Shown one piece after another: positions 53,542 to 63,023 of a stretch of DNA of 64,000 bases. Location of the stretch: contig CAXXLL010000003.1 of NCBI GenBank assembly GCA_963662545.2, positions 2,400,001 to 2,464,000 of the forward strand, given 5' to 3'. Below the pieces are notes generated by a model. The model searched no databases. It saw nothing but the letters and a program-made list of their open reading frames with translations, and was not told the origin of the DNA. Source of the stretch: Gammaproteobacteria bacterium (GTDB lineage: Bacteria; Pseudomonadota; Gammaproteobacteria; Ga0077536). Position 1 is the stretch's first letter. Each line of letters opens with the position of its first letter. A program made the position numbers and the translations under genes.

Positions 53542-53555
53542 GGGTATTTCTCCTT

Positions 53556-53585
53556 AGGTCGAGGTCGAGGTCGAGGTCGAGGTCG
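53556..53585. repeat. Hexamer tandem repeat (AGGTCG)x5
   Basis: Seen directly, immediately upstream of the GST Shine-Dalgarno. Confidence 0.85.
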
Positions 53586-53689
53586 GGGTATGGGCATCAG
53601 CATTGCGCCGACCACATTAGTGTAATTGATTTTCCATGAAGGCCCATCGCACCGTGTGAATCGGAAAGGCAATGGCGGCGGACCGGATT

Positions 53690-53805
53690 CGCGCATCTGA
53701 AAAAAGTCGATGTATCGCCGCACTGAGCGCGCTGCGTTTTCATTCTGGGTCCAGTGGCCGACCTGACCGATCACGTGCTGCTGCGAGCGCGCGATTAATA
53801 TTTTA
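53690..53805 (-). pseudogene. C-terminal remnant of an alpha/beta hydrolase (meta-cleavage product hydrolase-like)
   Basis: Minus frame reads LIARSQQHVIGQVGHWTQNENAAR...DFF, resembling the catalytic-His motif (HVFG.CGHW.Q.E) of XylF/TodF/BphD-type enzymes. No upstream body is present. Confidence 0.55.
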
Positions 53806-53905
53806 TCCGTTCACCTGACAACGATAACAAGTGACCAATGAATAACCCCTTCGTGCCCTTCTCCGTTTTCATCGCTATCATTACCTATTCGTTTTATATT
53901 CGCGT

Positions 53906-55048
53906 GTGAGCAAGCTTGGACAAAGGATCGCAATGCAATTCTTCAATCCAACACCGCTTCAACGAAGAAACATTGGAAAAATCGTCCCGTTCGGATTCAT
54001 CTGGTTTGGTTTTGCACTGATCTATTTGATTCTTGAACGGGGGCTTCTTGGTGATTTGACCGAATATCCCTCGACCGGAAACCCCTATGAATTCGGCAGC
54101 GCATTCGTAGTAACGTCTATCAGCTCATTATTCTTGGGGTGGGTACTTGGTGCCCTTGAGATCTTGGTGATCAACCGGCTTTTCGCCCGTCGGTCATTCG
54201 GTGCCAAGATTGCTATTAAAACCGTGCTGTATCTAATGCTGATCTGCACCTTCATTGTGCTCGTAGCAATGCTCGTGAACGCCGTTGAAATGAGAGTGAT
54301 GCCGCTTGATCCAGATGTCTTACGGTATACCTTCGTCTTCTTCACCGATTTAGCTTTCTGGGCCATCGTTCTTTACGCAGGATCTGTCATCGGTCTGACC
54401 CTGTTCATCTCAGAAGTGAGCGACAACCTTGGACAGGGGGTATTGAAGAATTTCCTGACCGGGAAATATCATCAACCGAGAGAGGAGGAGCGGGTATTTA
54501 TGTTTCTGGATATGAAGTCATCAACAACGATCGCAGAGCAATTAGGCCATGTCCGATATTTCCAAATGCTTAATACATATTACGCGGACATCACGGACGC
54601 CGTATTGCGGACGTTTGGAGAAATCTATCAATATGTCGGCGATGAAATCATTATTTCCTGGAATATGAATAAGGGGTTACGGAATAGCAATTGCCTCCGC
54701 TGCTTTTTTCTCGTCAAGGACATTCTTGCAGCAGAAAAGCTCAAATACGAGGAATCATTCGGACTCGTACCGGAGTTTAAGGCAGGGTTGCACTACGGCA
54801 GAGTGTCTACCGGAGAAATTGGAGTAATCAAAAAAGAGATCATATTTTCGGGCGACGTATTGAACACGACGGCCCGAATACAAAGTGCATGCAAGGTCTA
54901 TGATGTGGAGTTCCTGGTTTCGAATGACCTCCTTTCTTTGCTACAACCGGACGATCTGTATGATTCAACAGAAATCGGTCATTGTGATTTACGTGGAAAG
55001 GATACGAAGATAGCGCTTTCAACCGTTGTGCAACGACGGCCAGCCTGA
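53906..55048 (+). CDS. Membrane-bound class III adenylate/guanylate cyclase
   Basis: Four TM helices; FLDMKSST, YVGDE and GDVLNTTARI motifs. Confidence 0.9.
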   Translation: MSKLGQRIAMQFFNPTPLQRRNIGKIVPFGFIWFGFALIYLILERGLLGDLTEYPSTGNPYEFGSAFVVTSISSLFLGWVLGALEILVINRLFARRSFGAKIAIKTVLYLMLICTFIVLVAMLVNAVEMRVMPLDPDVLRYTFVFFTDLAFWAIVLYAGSVIGLTLFISEVSDNLGQGVLKNFLTGKYHQPREEERVFMFLDMKSSTTIAEQLGHVRYFQMLNTYYADITDAVLRTFGEIYQYVGDEIIISWNMNKGLRNSNCLRCFFLVKDILAAEKLKYEESFGLVPEFKAGLHYGRVSTGEIGVIKKEIIFSGDVLNTTARIQSACKVYDVEFLVSNDLLSLLQPDDLYDSTEIGHCDLRGKDTKIALSTVVQRRPA

Positions 55049-55224
55049 ACTACTCTATCGTTTATATCGCTACTTCTTCATCATGAAACAATGCCTGGCG
55101 CATCATCGCGCCATATTAAAGGTGTCTACTAAACCGAGGCCGGTCTAAAAGCGATCACGACAACTCTAGGCAATTTATACCGGGTCTTCCCGATCGACGC
55201 GGTGAGCGAATTAGAATAAACCCC

Positions 55225-55908
55225 TTACTTCCCCTTCTTTGCGTTTTTACGAAGTGCGGCCGCTCGCCACAAATACCAGCTCGCAACGGTCCGGTAGGGC
55301 CGCCATCGTTCACCGCGATTTTGCACGCGTGCGCGATCCGGCATCGCCGACTGCCGCATGGTATAAGCGTAGCCTTGGCGAATACCCAGATCATCGACCG
55401 GTAGTACGTCCGGGCGGCCCAAGCGGAACATGAGCAACATCTGCGCTGTCCAGCGACCGATGCCACGCACGGCCACGAGACGCTCGATAATGGCCTCGTC
55501 GTCCATGCCTTCCATTTCTTTCAGGGTCGGGATCTCACCAGCGAGTGTTCTACGGGCCAGATCGCGCAGTGCCAGAGTCTTGGCTTGCGAGAGACCGGCT
55601 CCGCGAAGTTTCTCTGCGGAAATACGCAGAATCTGCTTTTCACTGGGCGCACCCACGGTGCGCGGGAACAGCGCGCATACGCGCGCGAAAATCGTGGCCG
55701 CGGCTTTGCCACTCAGCTGCTGATTGACGATCGCCTCGGTCAGCGCGCCAAAGATACTGACAGTGTGCTTGAGTTCCATGCGGCAAGGTCCGACTCTATC
55801 TATCATGCGCGCGAGTGACTTGTCGGCGCGCCGTAGATGCGCAATCGCAGAGTTGGGTTCGACCCTGAATGAGGTCGTATACGATGCGGGTTTACGCGCG
55901 GTAGCCAC
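55225..55908 (-). CDS. alkA: DNA-3-methyladenine glycosylase II (HhH-GPD)
   Basis: QQLSGKAA, RGIGRWTA, PVDDLG and WRPYRT motifs. Confidence 0.9.
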   Translation of the reverse strand: MATARKPASYTTSFRVEPNSAIAHLRRADKSLARMIDRVGPCRMELKHTVSIFGALTEAIVNQQLSGKAAATIFARVCALFPRTVGAPSEKQILRISAEKLRGAGLSQAKTLALRDLARRTLAGEIPTLKEMEGMDDEAIIERLVAVRGIGRWTAQMLLMFRLGRPDVLPVDDLGIRQGYAYTMRQSAMPDRARVQNRGERWRPYRTVASWYLWRAAALRKNAKKGK

Positions 55909-56042
55909 TTTCTCTATCCGGTAGTGCCAACTTAAGGTAGAACTTAAAGTATTTGCGGCGAAATGAGCCGGCCCCTACCGCGAATTGATCTGCTTAAAAT
56001 GGAAGTTCGCAATCGGCGCCCCTCTTTTTCTTCTTCTGATTG

Positions 56043-56837
56043 CTAAACCTTTCTTGCCCGGCTCATCAGAAAATCCTGGCGCAGGGCGTTATTGTCAAAG
56101 TAATTCGAGATTAGACTTTCGAATTCCGCGCGGAACCGAGTGAGACGATCGGCGTCATCTGCCAGGGATTCGACCAGACGAGATACCGGGCCCGCGTTTG
56201 CTTCCATGAAAAGGCGTACATGCGCCGGGCTCAGCGCAGGAAACAACAAAGTGCCGCTGTCGAACGCAAGGTCGGTGACGGCATCGCCAAGCCGTTGGCG
56301 CACGATATTCGGATCGCCCCATGCAGTCGGCGGCGGGACGCCTTCTGGGGGCGGCGGTGCGTAGCGGCCAATCAGCTTGAACATCAGCCCGATATAGAAC
56401 TCGGGCGGCCAGGTCGAAAAAGCAATGATGCCGCCCGGCTTCAACACGCGCAGCATCTCGCTTACCGTGATAGCAGGACGCGGGCCGAACATGTGGCCGA
56501 ACTGACTGACGACGTGATCGAAGCTTGCGTCGTCGAACGGAAGGTTCTCGACATCGCCCTCCCGGAACTCGATGGTCACACCGGCCAGAGCAGCATTCTC
56601 CGCGGCGCGACCAAGCAACGCCGGTGTGAGATCAAGACCGGTAACCTCGGCACCGACTCGCGCCATACTCAGAGCGACTACGCCGGTGCCGCAGGCGACG
56701 TCCAACACGCAGTCGCCTTGGTTGACGCCGGCAAACTTGACGAGCATTGGCGCAACGGATCCCGTCATCGTCTCGAAAGGTGCGAACGTCGACCAGCCCT
56801 CACGGGCCGCCTCTTTCATCTTGGCAATGGGATCCAT
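56043..56837 (-). CDS. Class I SAM-dependent methyltransferase
   Basis: VLDVACGTG, LPFDDASFD and RVLKPGG motifs. Confidence 0.9.
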   Translation of the reverse strand: MDPIAKMKEAAREGWSTFAPFETMTGSVAPMLVKFAGVNQGDCVLDVACGTGVVALSMARVGAEVTGLDLTPALLGRAAENAALAGVTIEFREGDVENLPFDDASFDHVVSQFGHMFGPRPAITVSEMLRVLKPGGIIAFSTWPPEFYIGLMFKLIGRYAPPPPEGVPPPTAWGDPNIVRQRLGDAVTDLAFDSGTLLFPALSPAHVRLFMEANAGPVSRLVESLADDADRLTRFRAEFESLISNYFDNNALRQDFLMSRARKV

Positions 56838-57295
56838 TGGGAATTCTCCAAATAAATTGAATTAGGCTTTACACGCGTGTGCGGTGTCCAGGATTTCTGC
56901 GCAAGGTGATGACGATACGTTGGTTACGATACTCACTGGCGTCCGTGCACATTCGGTATCACAATATTGCTGATAAAGAAACCGATGGGTAGAGTCGAAT
57001 CAATCATGCACACGTATTCGAAATGTGATTATACGACTCGCAATTACGACATCCGAATATTCATTTTGGGAGCGCATAAAGTTGCCAGATTGATCACTAT
57101 GGAGCACCAGGTGAATCGGCCTGACCCCTTTATCACTTCTCCGGCCAAGAACGGCCCCAGATGAGCGCGTATGACGACAGTTAATTGAGAATGGAAAGGA
57201 CAAAATTTGGCGGGCGCAGCAGGGAATACCCACGATCCGTTTGACCATAACCACTTGAATGGAACGACTTTCATCGCCTTGGGTTTATGGGTGTC

Positions 57296-57332
57296 CCGAA
57301 ATTCCCCCGAAATTCCCCCGAAATTTCCCCCG
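57296..57332. repeat. Short tandem repeat (CCGAAATTCCC-like)x3
   Basis: gtgtcccgaaattcccccgaaattcccccgaaatttccccc. Confidence 0.7.
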
Positions 57333-57540
57333 TGGGATTGCTACCTTGTACGATGACGGTCGCGAACGAGCGGACCGGGCGAATTTCCCTGACTCGCGTC
57401 CCGCTGGGCACGGCTCACTAGATATAGAATGAAAATATAAGAAATATGGTCAGATATTATTCGTTACCGTAGCTGAATATCGTTACACTCGGCCATTCGA
57501 ATCCTGTCGGCCCAATCCCAATCCCAATCCGGAGGAATCC

Positions 57541-58767
57541 ATGGCGTTACCCAAAGTCATCGTGCAACTCTATCCCATGATTCCCGCGGGCGGCGAGGAA
57601 GGCCGCAAGGCCAAAAGGCCGGTCGGGGCCGACAACGAAGCCTACCACCGGATCATTCACGAATGGACGGATATCGCCAAGGAAGCGGACGCCATGGGGG
57701 TGTGGGGATTGTCGACCATCGAGCATCACCTGCATTCCGAGGGCTACGAAGTAGGCCCCAATCCCGGCGTACTAAACGCCTACTGGGCCGCGCACGTCAA
57801 GAATGCCCACGTCGGCGCGCTCGGCTACGTCGCCGCGACACAGGATCCGATCCGGATCGCCGAGGAAACAGCGATCCTCGACCACCTCACCAACGGCAAG
57901 TACTTCGTTGGATTCGCGCGCGGTTACCAGTCGCGCTGGACGAACATTCTCGGGCAATTCACCGGTACGCCGGCGACGGTCTCCGATGGCAGTAAAGAAG
58001 ACGACTTGAACCGCGAGATCTTCGAAGAACGGGTCGAGATGGTGCTCGAATGCTGGCAGACCGAATCGACCATCCTGAACGGCAAGTACTACCAGGCGCC
58101 CTATCCGCTCGAGACCGGCGTTCAGAACTACCCCGCGGCCGCCATCGCGCGCGAAGCGGGACTCCCGGGCGAGATCGACGAAAATGACAGCGTCCGCAAG
58201 ATCTGCGTACTGCCCAAGCCATACCAGAAACCCTATCCACCCGTCTTCGTAGCGGCCAGCAAAAGCCGAGCATCGATAGAATTCTGCGCGAAGCATGGTT
58301 TTCGCCCGGTTTACTTCATGCCGAATCAGGGCATGTTCGACCTGTCGAAAGTCTACGTCGAAGAGGCCGCCAGGCACGGCCACGATTTCGCCCTCGGCGA
58401 GCGCCAGGCGCTGGTCCGCTGGCCGCATATCACCAAGACCCAGGAGGAATTCGACCGCAAACTGCGTCTCTATGACCTCGACGTCTACAAGAATTTCTAC
58501 GGACCGTTCTTTCCGCAGTTCCCACAGGGCGACGAGAGCACCATGATTCAGAGCATGAAGGATTCGGGGATCTTCATCGGCGGCACCATCGAGGAGTCCA
58601 TCCGCCAGTGGCGGGTGATCTACGACGAAGTGCCGGTCGAATACATCACCCTGATCTGGCATTGGGCGGAACAGCCCAAAGATGACATGCTTGAAGAGAT
58701 GCGGCTGTTCATGGAAAAGGTGCTTCCCGAACTCGAATTTCCGGATTATTCGAGGAAAGCCGCTTGA
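57541..58767 (+). CDS. Luciferase-like (LLM) flavin-dependent oxidoreductase
   Basis: IEHHLHSEG, DPIRIAEE.A.LDHL, GFARGY and PKPYQKPYPP motifs. Confidence 0.9.
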   Translation: MALPKVIVQLYPMIPAGGEEGRKAKRPVGADNEAYHRIIHEWTDIAKEADAMGVWGLSTIEHHLHSEGYEVGPNPGVLNAYWAAHVKNAHVGALGYVAATQDPIRIAEETAILDHLTNGKYFVGFARGYQSRWTNILGQFTGTPATVSDGSKEDDLNREIFEERVEMVLECWQTESTILNGKYYQAPYPLETGVQNYPAAAIAREAGLPGEIDENDSVRKICVLPKPYQKPYPPVFVAASKSRASIEFCAKHGFRPVYFMPNQGMFDLSKVYVEEAARHGHDFALGERQALVRWPHITKTQEEFDRKLRLYDLDVYKNFYGPFFPQFPQGDESTMIQSMKDSGIFIGGTIEESIRQWRVIYDEVPVEYITLIWHWAEQPKDDMLEEMRLFMEKVLPELEFPDYSRKAA

Positions 58768-59085
58768 GTTGATGCCCTGATCGCACGCGCCAACGAGTTC
58801 CGACCGTCTTTTCCTCGTAACCCGCTTGCGGACGAGCCCCGTCCTCTCGAACATTATTGAACCTAAGGAATCTCTGAATAAGTCATGGCACATCTGCCTT
58901 GACCATGAAATGGCGGAGCCGTACGTTACTAACCTTGCCCATAGTCCCCGCTATGGCCTGCGTTCGTGCCTTGACCTGCACCATTGCATGAACCATTCAG
59001 ACGTTCCATGGCTTATTCAGAGGTTCCCTAATCAAACGCTATAGCGTTTCCGCACCTCCCCCGACGATGGTTCACGGAGCGCACC

Positions 59086-60117
59086 ATGCCGAATAACCCT
59101 ATCGAACAATTCACCGTTAGTAAGGACGACTTCCGCTTCGTCGGCGAACGGCTGCAACGCCCCGAATGCATCCTCGCCGAAAAGGACGGTACTCTGTGGT
59201 CAGCGGACGCCCGCGGCGGCGTCGTCAGGATCGATGCCGACGGGACGCAAACCATCATTACACAATCCCATGCGGCCGACGCCTTCAGTTCCAGTAAAGA
59301 CGAGGCCCAGAAATTCGTTGCGGGCACTTTGCCTAACGGTCTCGCGTTCGCCGATAACGGTGACATCTGGATTTCGAACTTCGGTACCGACTGCCTCGAG
59401 CGTATGAAGCGTACGGGCGAGACGGAGGTAATCCTCGATAGTGTTGACGGGGAACCCATCGGCAAGGTCAACTTCATCGCCCGCGATACGCGGAACCGGA
59501 TCTGGATCACAATCTCGACCATGTTTTCCGATTGGCCGAAGGCGCTTTGCAAAAACGTCGTCGACGGGCGCGTGCTGTTGTTCGAGGAAAGCAAGGGCGT
59601 TCGCATCGTTGCGGACAACCTGCATTTCACCAACGAGTGCAAGCTCGATGCCCGAGAGGAGCATCTCTATGTCGTGCAGACCTGCGGCCGCAACGTCGTG
59701 CGCTACCGGATTGGGTCAAACGGAGATTTATCGGGCCGGGAAGTCTTTGGTCCAGAAGACCACGGCCGTTTCATCGACGGAATCGCCTTCGACAGCTACG
59801 GCAACTTGTGGGGCACGTACATCATGAACGACGGGATCTTCGCCATCACGCCGGAAGGCGAGCGGAAAACGATCTTTGATGATTCGACACCGGAGGAAGT
59901 CGCGAAGATCGATCGTGCGTTCCAGACGGGCGATCCGCTCGACATCGAGATGCTGATGGAGTGCGGCGGCACGGTCGCGCCCTGGTGTGCTTCGGTCACC
60001 TTCGGTGGGGCGGATTTGAAGACCGTGTACGTCGGCAGCCTGCGCGGAACGACGATTCCGTATTGTTCCTCACCTGTCGCAGGGCTGCCAATGGTGCACT
60101 GGGACGCGACGTTCTGA
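59086..60117 (+). CDS. SMP-30/gluconolactonase/LRE family protein
   Basis: RPEC, PNG, FTNE and DGIAFD motifs. Confidence 0.88.
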   Translation: MPNNPIEQFTVSKDDFRFVGERLQRPECILAEKDGTLWSADARGGVVRIDADGTQTIITQSHAADAFSSSKDEAQKFVAGTLPNGLAFADNGDIWISNFGTDCLERMKRTGETEVILDSVDGEPIGKVNFIARDTRNRIWITISTMFSDWPKALCKNVVDGRVLLFEESKGVRIVADNLHFTNECKLDAREEHLYVVQTCGRNVVRYRIGSNGDLSGREVFGPEDHGRFIDGIAFDSYGNLWGTYIMNDGIFAITPEGERKTIFDDSTPEEVAKIDRAFQTGDPLDIEMLMECGGTVAPWCASVTFGGADLKTVYVGSLRGTTIPYCSSPVAGLPMVHWDATF

Positions 60118-60241
60118 ATTCCGTAAAAAATGAGGGAGGGATTAAAGGAGCCTCTGTAAAAGAGGACGTAGATCATTTGACTCACATACGCGGGGAAGCG
60201 ACCATGCTTTCCTATTAGCAATATGATTTAACGAGGTAGCA

Positions 60242-60508
60242 ATGGCTGGTGGCTGGGCAAAAGACGGGGCTGTTCAGGATCAAATTGACGCCAGCGTTGA
60301 AGACGCCGTTAGACGAGCTCGGGGCCAGATAGCGCACGGCGAAAGCGTGGCTGAATGTGAAGAGTGTGGGGCGACCATTCCGGAAGCGCGTCGCCAGGCT
60401 GTTCCTGGTGTGCGCCGGTGCGTGCCCTGCCAAGAGGCGGAAGACTCGGAGCAACGGCACATAGGTCCGATCAACCGGCGCGGGAGTAAAGACAGCCAGT
60501 TAAGATGA
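60242..60508 (+). CDS. ybiI: DksA/TraR family C4-type zinc finger protein
   Basis: MAGGWAKDGAVQDQID; CEEC..IPEARR..CVPC; NRRGSKDSQLR. Confidence 0.92.
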   Translation: MAGGWAKDGAVQDQIDASVEDAVRRARGQIAHGESVAECEECGATIPEARRQAVPGVRRCVPCQEAEDSEQRHIGPINRRGSKDSQLR

Positions 60509-60639
60509 GACGGTGGTGGACTGGTCCGTTTATTTCTGGAAAGTTAATCCGTGCGTTGCGGGCGCCGCACGTTCCGCATCACTCATGCCAACACGGATCC
60601 GCAAACAACCCTAAAAAACCCGCCGGCAGAAAAAGGGGC

Positions 60640-60706
60640 AGAAAAAGGTGACGGAGGGATTAATCTTTAATTCCTCCGTCACCTTTTTCTCCGTCACCTT
60701 TTTCTG
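60640..60706. repeat. Hairpin repeat element, copy 1
   Basis: GAAAAAGGTGACGGAGGGATTAA-TCT-TTAATTCCTCCGTCACCTTTTTC, followed by a partial duplicated arm. Confidence 0.85.
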
Positions 60707-60797
60707 CACGGGAATTTCGACCAAAAAGATTCATACGCACTATGGCGTAAGGTCGAAATCTGATTCCATATAAAGCTGACGCCTTAGGAATCCTAAA

Positions 60798-61199
60798 ATG
60801 AAAGCCATAAAAATAATCGCGATTATGTTGCTCGTTTATATGGGAATAGTCGCAGCGTTCGAGTCATTGCTCGGGTATTTCCAGCCCACGAGTCAGAGTA
60901 CGCTAATCATCACCACCACAGATGAGGATGGGACCACAAAAGATCGCGTCTTAGCTCGCCTTGAAAGCAATGGCCGGCTTTACGTAGCAGCCAACCACTG
61001 GCCTCGAGCCTGGTATAACCAGGCGTTAGAGAATCCGAATGTGCAAGTCGCTTTGGATGGTGAGAAAGGCGCCTACCTGGCAGTACCTGTCACTAGTGAG
61101 GAGCACGATCGCGTAGATGACGAATACAGCCTTGGTTTGGGATTTCGAATTTTAACTGGGTTTCCTCCGAGATACTTTGTTCGGCTAGATCCCAAATAG
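60798..61199 (+). CDS. Membrane-anchored split beta-barrel protein (deazaflavin-dependent nitroreductase/DUF385-like)
   Basis: N-terminal TM helix; LIITT..G and AWYNQALENPNV motifs. Confidence 0.65.
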   Translation: MKAIKIIAIMLLVYMGIVAAFESLLGYFQPTSQSTLIITTTDEDGTTKDRVLARLESNGRLYVAANHWPRAWYNQALENPNVQVALDGEKGAYLAVPVTSEEHDRVDDEYSLGLGFRILTGFPPRYFVRLDPK

Positions 61200-61357
61200 G
61201 GGCCTTTGACAGCGGAGAGAAGTGTCGCCCATGAAACGCCGTCAGGCTTTGTATGTAGCTAAGCTACTACTCACCAAACGGCGAATGTCTCTTGATGCCC
61301 GGGAGTCGGACTCGGCCCCGTGGTGAGCCACTAGGCGAGACCGAGCTAAAAAACAAT

Positions 61358-61408
61358 GGTAAAAGGTGACGGAGGGATTAATCTTTAATCCCTCCGTCAC
61401 CTTTTACC
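61358..61408. repeat. Hairpin repeat element, copy 2
   Basis: GGTAAAAGGTGACGGAGGGATTAA-TCT-TTAATCCCTCCGTCACCTTTTACC, a perfect inverted repeat. Confidence 0.85.
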
Positions 61409-61449
61409 TTTCCTTTTACCTTTTTCTCTTATGGAACAGGGAATGAGTA

Positions 61450-61815
61450 ATGCTCGAAGAAGAAGCCCAAATCGAATGCATCAGTGCCGTCACTATGTAC
61501 ACGGCTGATATGGCGCGTGCCGTCCGCTTTTACCAGGCGATGGGATTTCAATTGCGATACGGAGGTGAGGACGCTCGTTTCACCAGCTTTCATGTGGGTT
61601 CAGGATATTTAAATCTGATGGCCGGCGGCCCGCCTAAGGCTCATTGGGGGCGGGTTATTCTCTATGTCTCTGATGTGGAAGCCATGTACCAACGGGCGAT
61701 AGCCGCAGGATTTGAGTCGGAAGGGTCACCTGCGGATGCGCCTTGGGGAGAGCGTTATTTTCACCTGCGAGATCCCGACGGTAACGAGCTGAGCTTTGCT
61801 CGGCCGATCGTCTAG
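61450..61815 (+). CDS. VOC/glyoxalase family protein
   Basis: DMARAVRFY and PWGERYF..RDPDGNEL motifs. Confidence 0.9.
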   Translation: MLEEEAQIECISAVTMYTADMARAVRFYQAMGFQLRYGGEDARFTSFHVGSGYLNLMAGGPPKAHWGRVILYVSDVEAMYQRAIAAGFESEGSPADAPWGERYFHLRDPDGNELSFARPIV

Positions 61816-62504
61816 CTGGAGCTACCAGTAACGCTAGAGTCGTCACTAAAAGACCAAACTTGCCGCCCTCGCACGGCTTTTCTGTGCAGTGATCTACTCT
61901 GAATTGAGAGGCCAGGAGGACCATAAGCATGGAGAGGCTTGTGACAGAGGCTACCTCCTCTGATTTGAAGGCGACGGTTGAGAGTCTGCACAAATGCGTG
62001 GCCGCATTCGTTTACGACATCGCCGTAATCGTCTCAGCGTCAGAACCTATAGCGAAGTGATGTTTCTTATTGATTGCCTGCCGCCCTGCAGGCGCGGTAG
62101 TGGACTTTGTCGTATGCGGGCATAGTTAGATCTCCGCGCAGACTTTTTAGTCTTACCCTTTACAGATCCTTATTCACTTGGTCCATTTTTTTTTGCCAGA
62201 TCTGGTTTGTGACGACCGTCACAGATAACGACGGCCGCTGTGCGCTGTATCACAAACATTATTTCGAATCGTAAAGTCGAAATCATTTGCGGACGATCTC
62301 CCGTCAGGCTTATGACTCGGTCGACACGATCACGGAATACCAACATGCAACGATCGCGACAGCTATAGACGGATCGAGTCCATACGATCGCATCGCTCGT
62401 GTTTACCGCGAAGCGGGTTGGGTAATGAGGTAGTCAATATTTCGCTAGGTGCGTAGCCGTTGATAGACCATCGGCTATTGGTCCTCGAGGTGAGGTGAGG
62501 TGAG

Positions 62505-62768
62505 ATGGATTTAGATACTACACAGCAGCTTTATTGCGGCTATGACAACGAAGACGGGCTGTCGTTGAGCGGCTGCATTTTTTGGGCGGCTCAACATCTT
62601 CGATTGGTGTCGTCGGATGAGACCGGATTCCGTTGGAGTAACGCAGAAATCTGCGATTTGGCTGATAGGGTAAGGGTCAGCATTGAATACGATCCGGGCG
62701 TTCTTGATGATCTACCGCAGAACGTGAAGGATACATTGTTAAACGGTTTGAATATCTCGCTCGCCTGA
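62505..62768 (+). CDS. Hypothetical protein
   Basis: 87-aa ORF with a GAGGT SD. Confidence 0.5.
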   Translation: MDLDTTQQLYCGYDNEDGLSLSGCIFWAAQHLRLVSSDETGFRWSNAEICDLADRVRVSIEYDPGVLDDLPQNVKDTLLNGLNISLA

Positions 62769-62795
62769 TCTCAGGTGCAGCTCTCATCTAACTCA

Positions 62796-62851
62796 TCTCT
62801 CCGCCAATTAAATAGGCCCGCGAAAGCGGGCCTATTTAATTGGCGGAGAGA
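62796..62851. mobile_element. Putative att site: 26-bp perfect inverted repeat containing a tRNA-Ser-like 3' end (CTCTCCGCCA)
   Basis: TCTCTCCGCCAATTAAATAGGCCCGC-GAAA-GCGGGCCTATTTAATTGGCGGAGAGA, ~170 bp upstream of the integrase. Confidence 0.7.
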
Positions 62852-63023
62852 GAGTCCGCTATAATATAGTTCTACCAAGTCCAGAGTAGTCCATAAGATT
62901 CGAATATTCATGTACTTGTTATCCTATACTATCCAGAGCCAACTGCTATAATCCATACATATCGGGGGACCGTTTGGGGGACTTACCCAATGGAGCTCCA
63001 CCGACAAGAACAGGATTTATGGC

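Noticed and set aside
60100-62800. Integron cassette array
   Set aside because: The genes look cassette-like and a GTTAGAT occurs near 62125. However, no paired RYYYAAC...GTTRRRY attC sites follow the genes, and the integrase is P4-type, not IntI.
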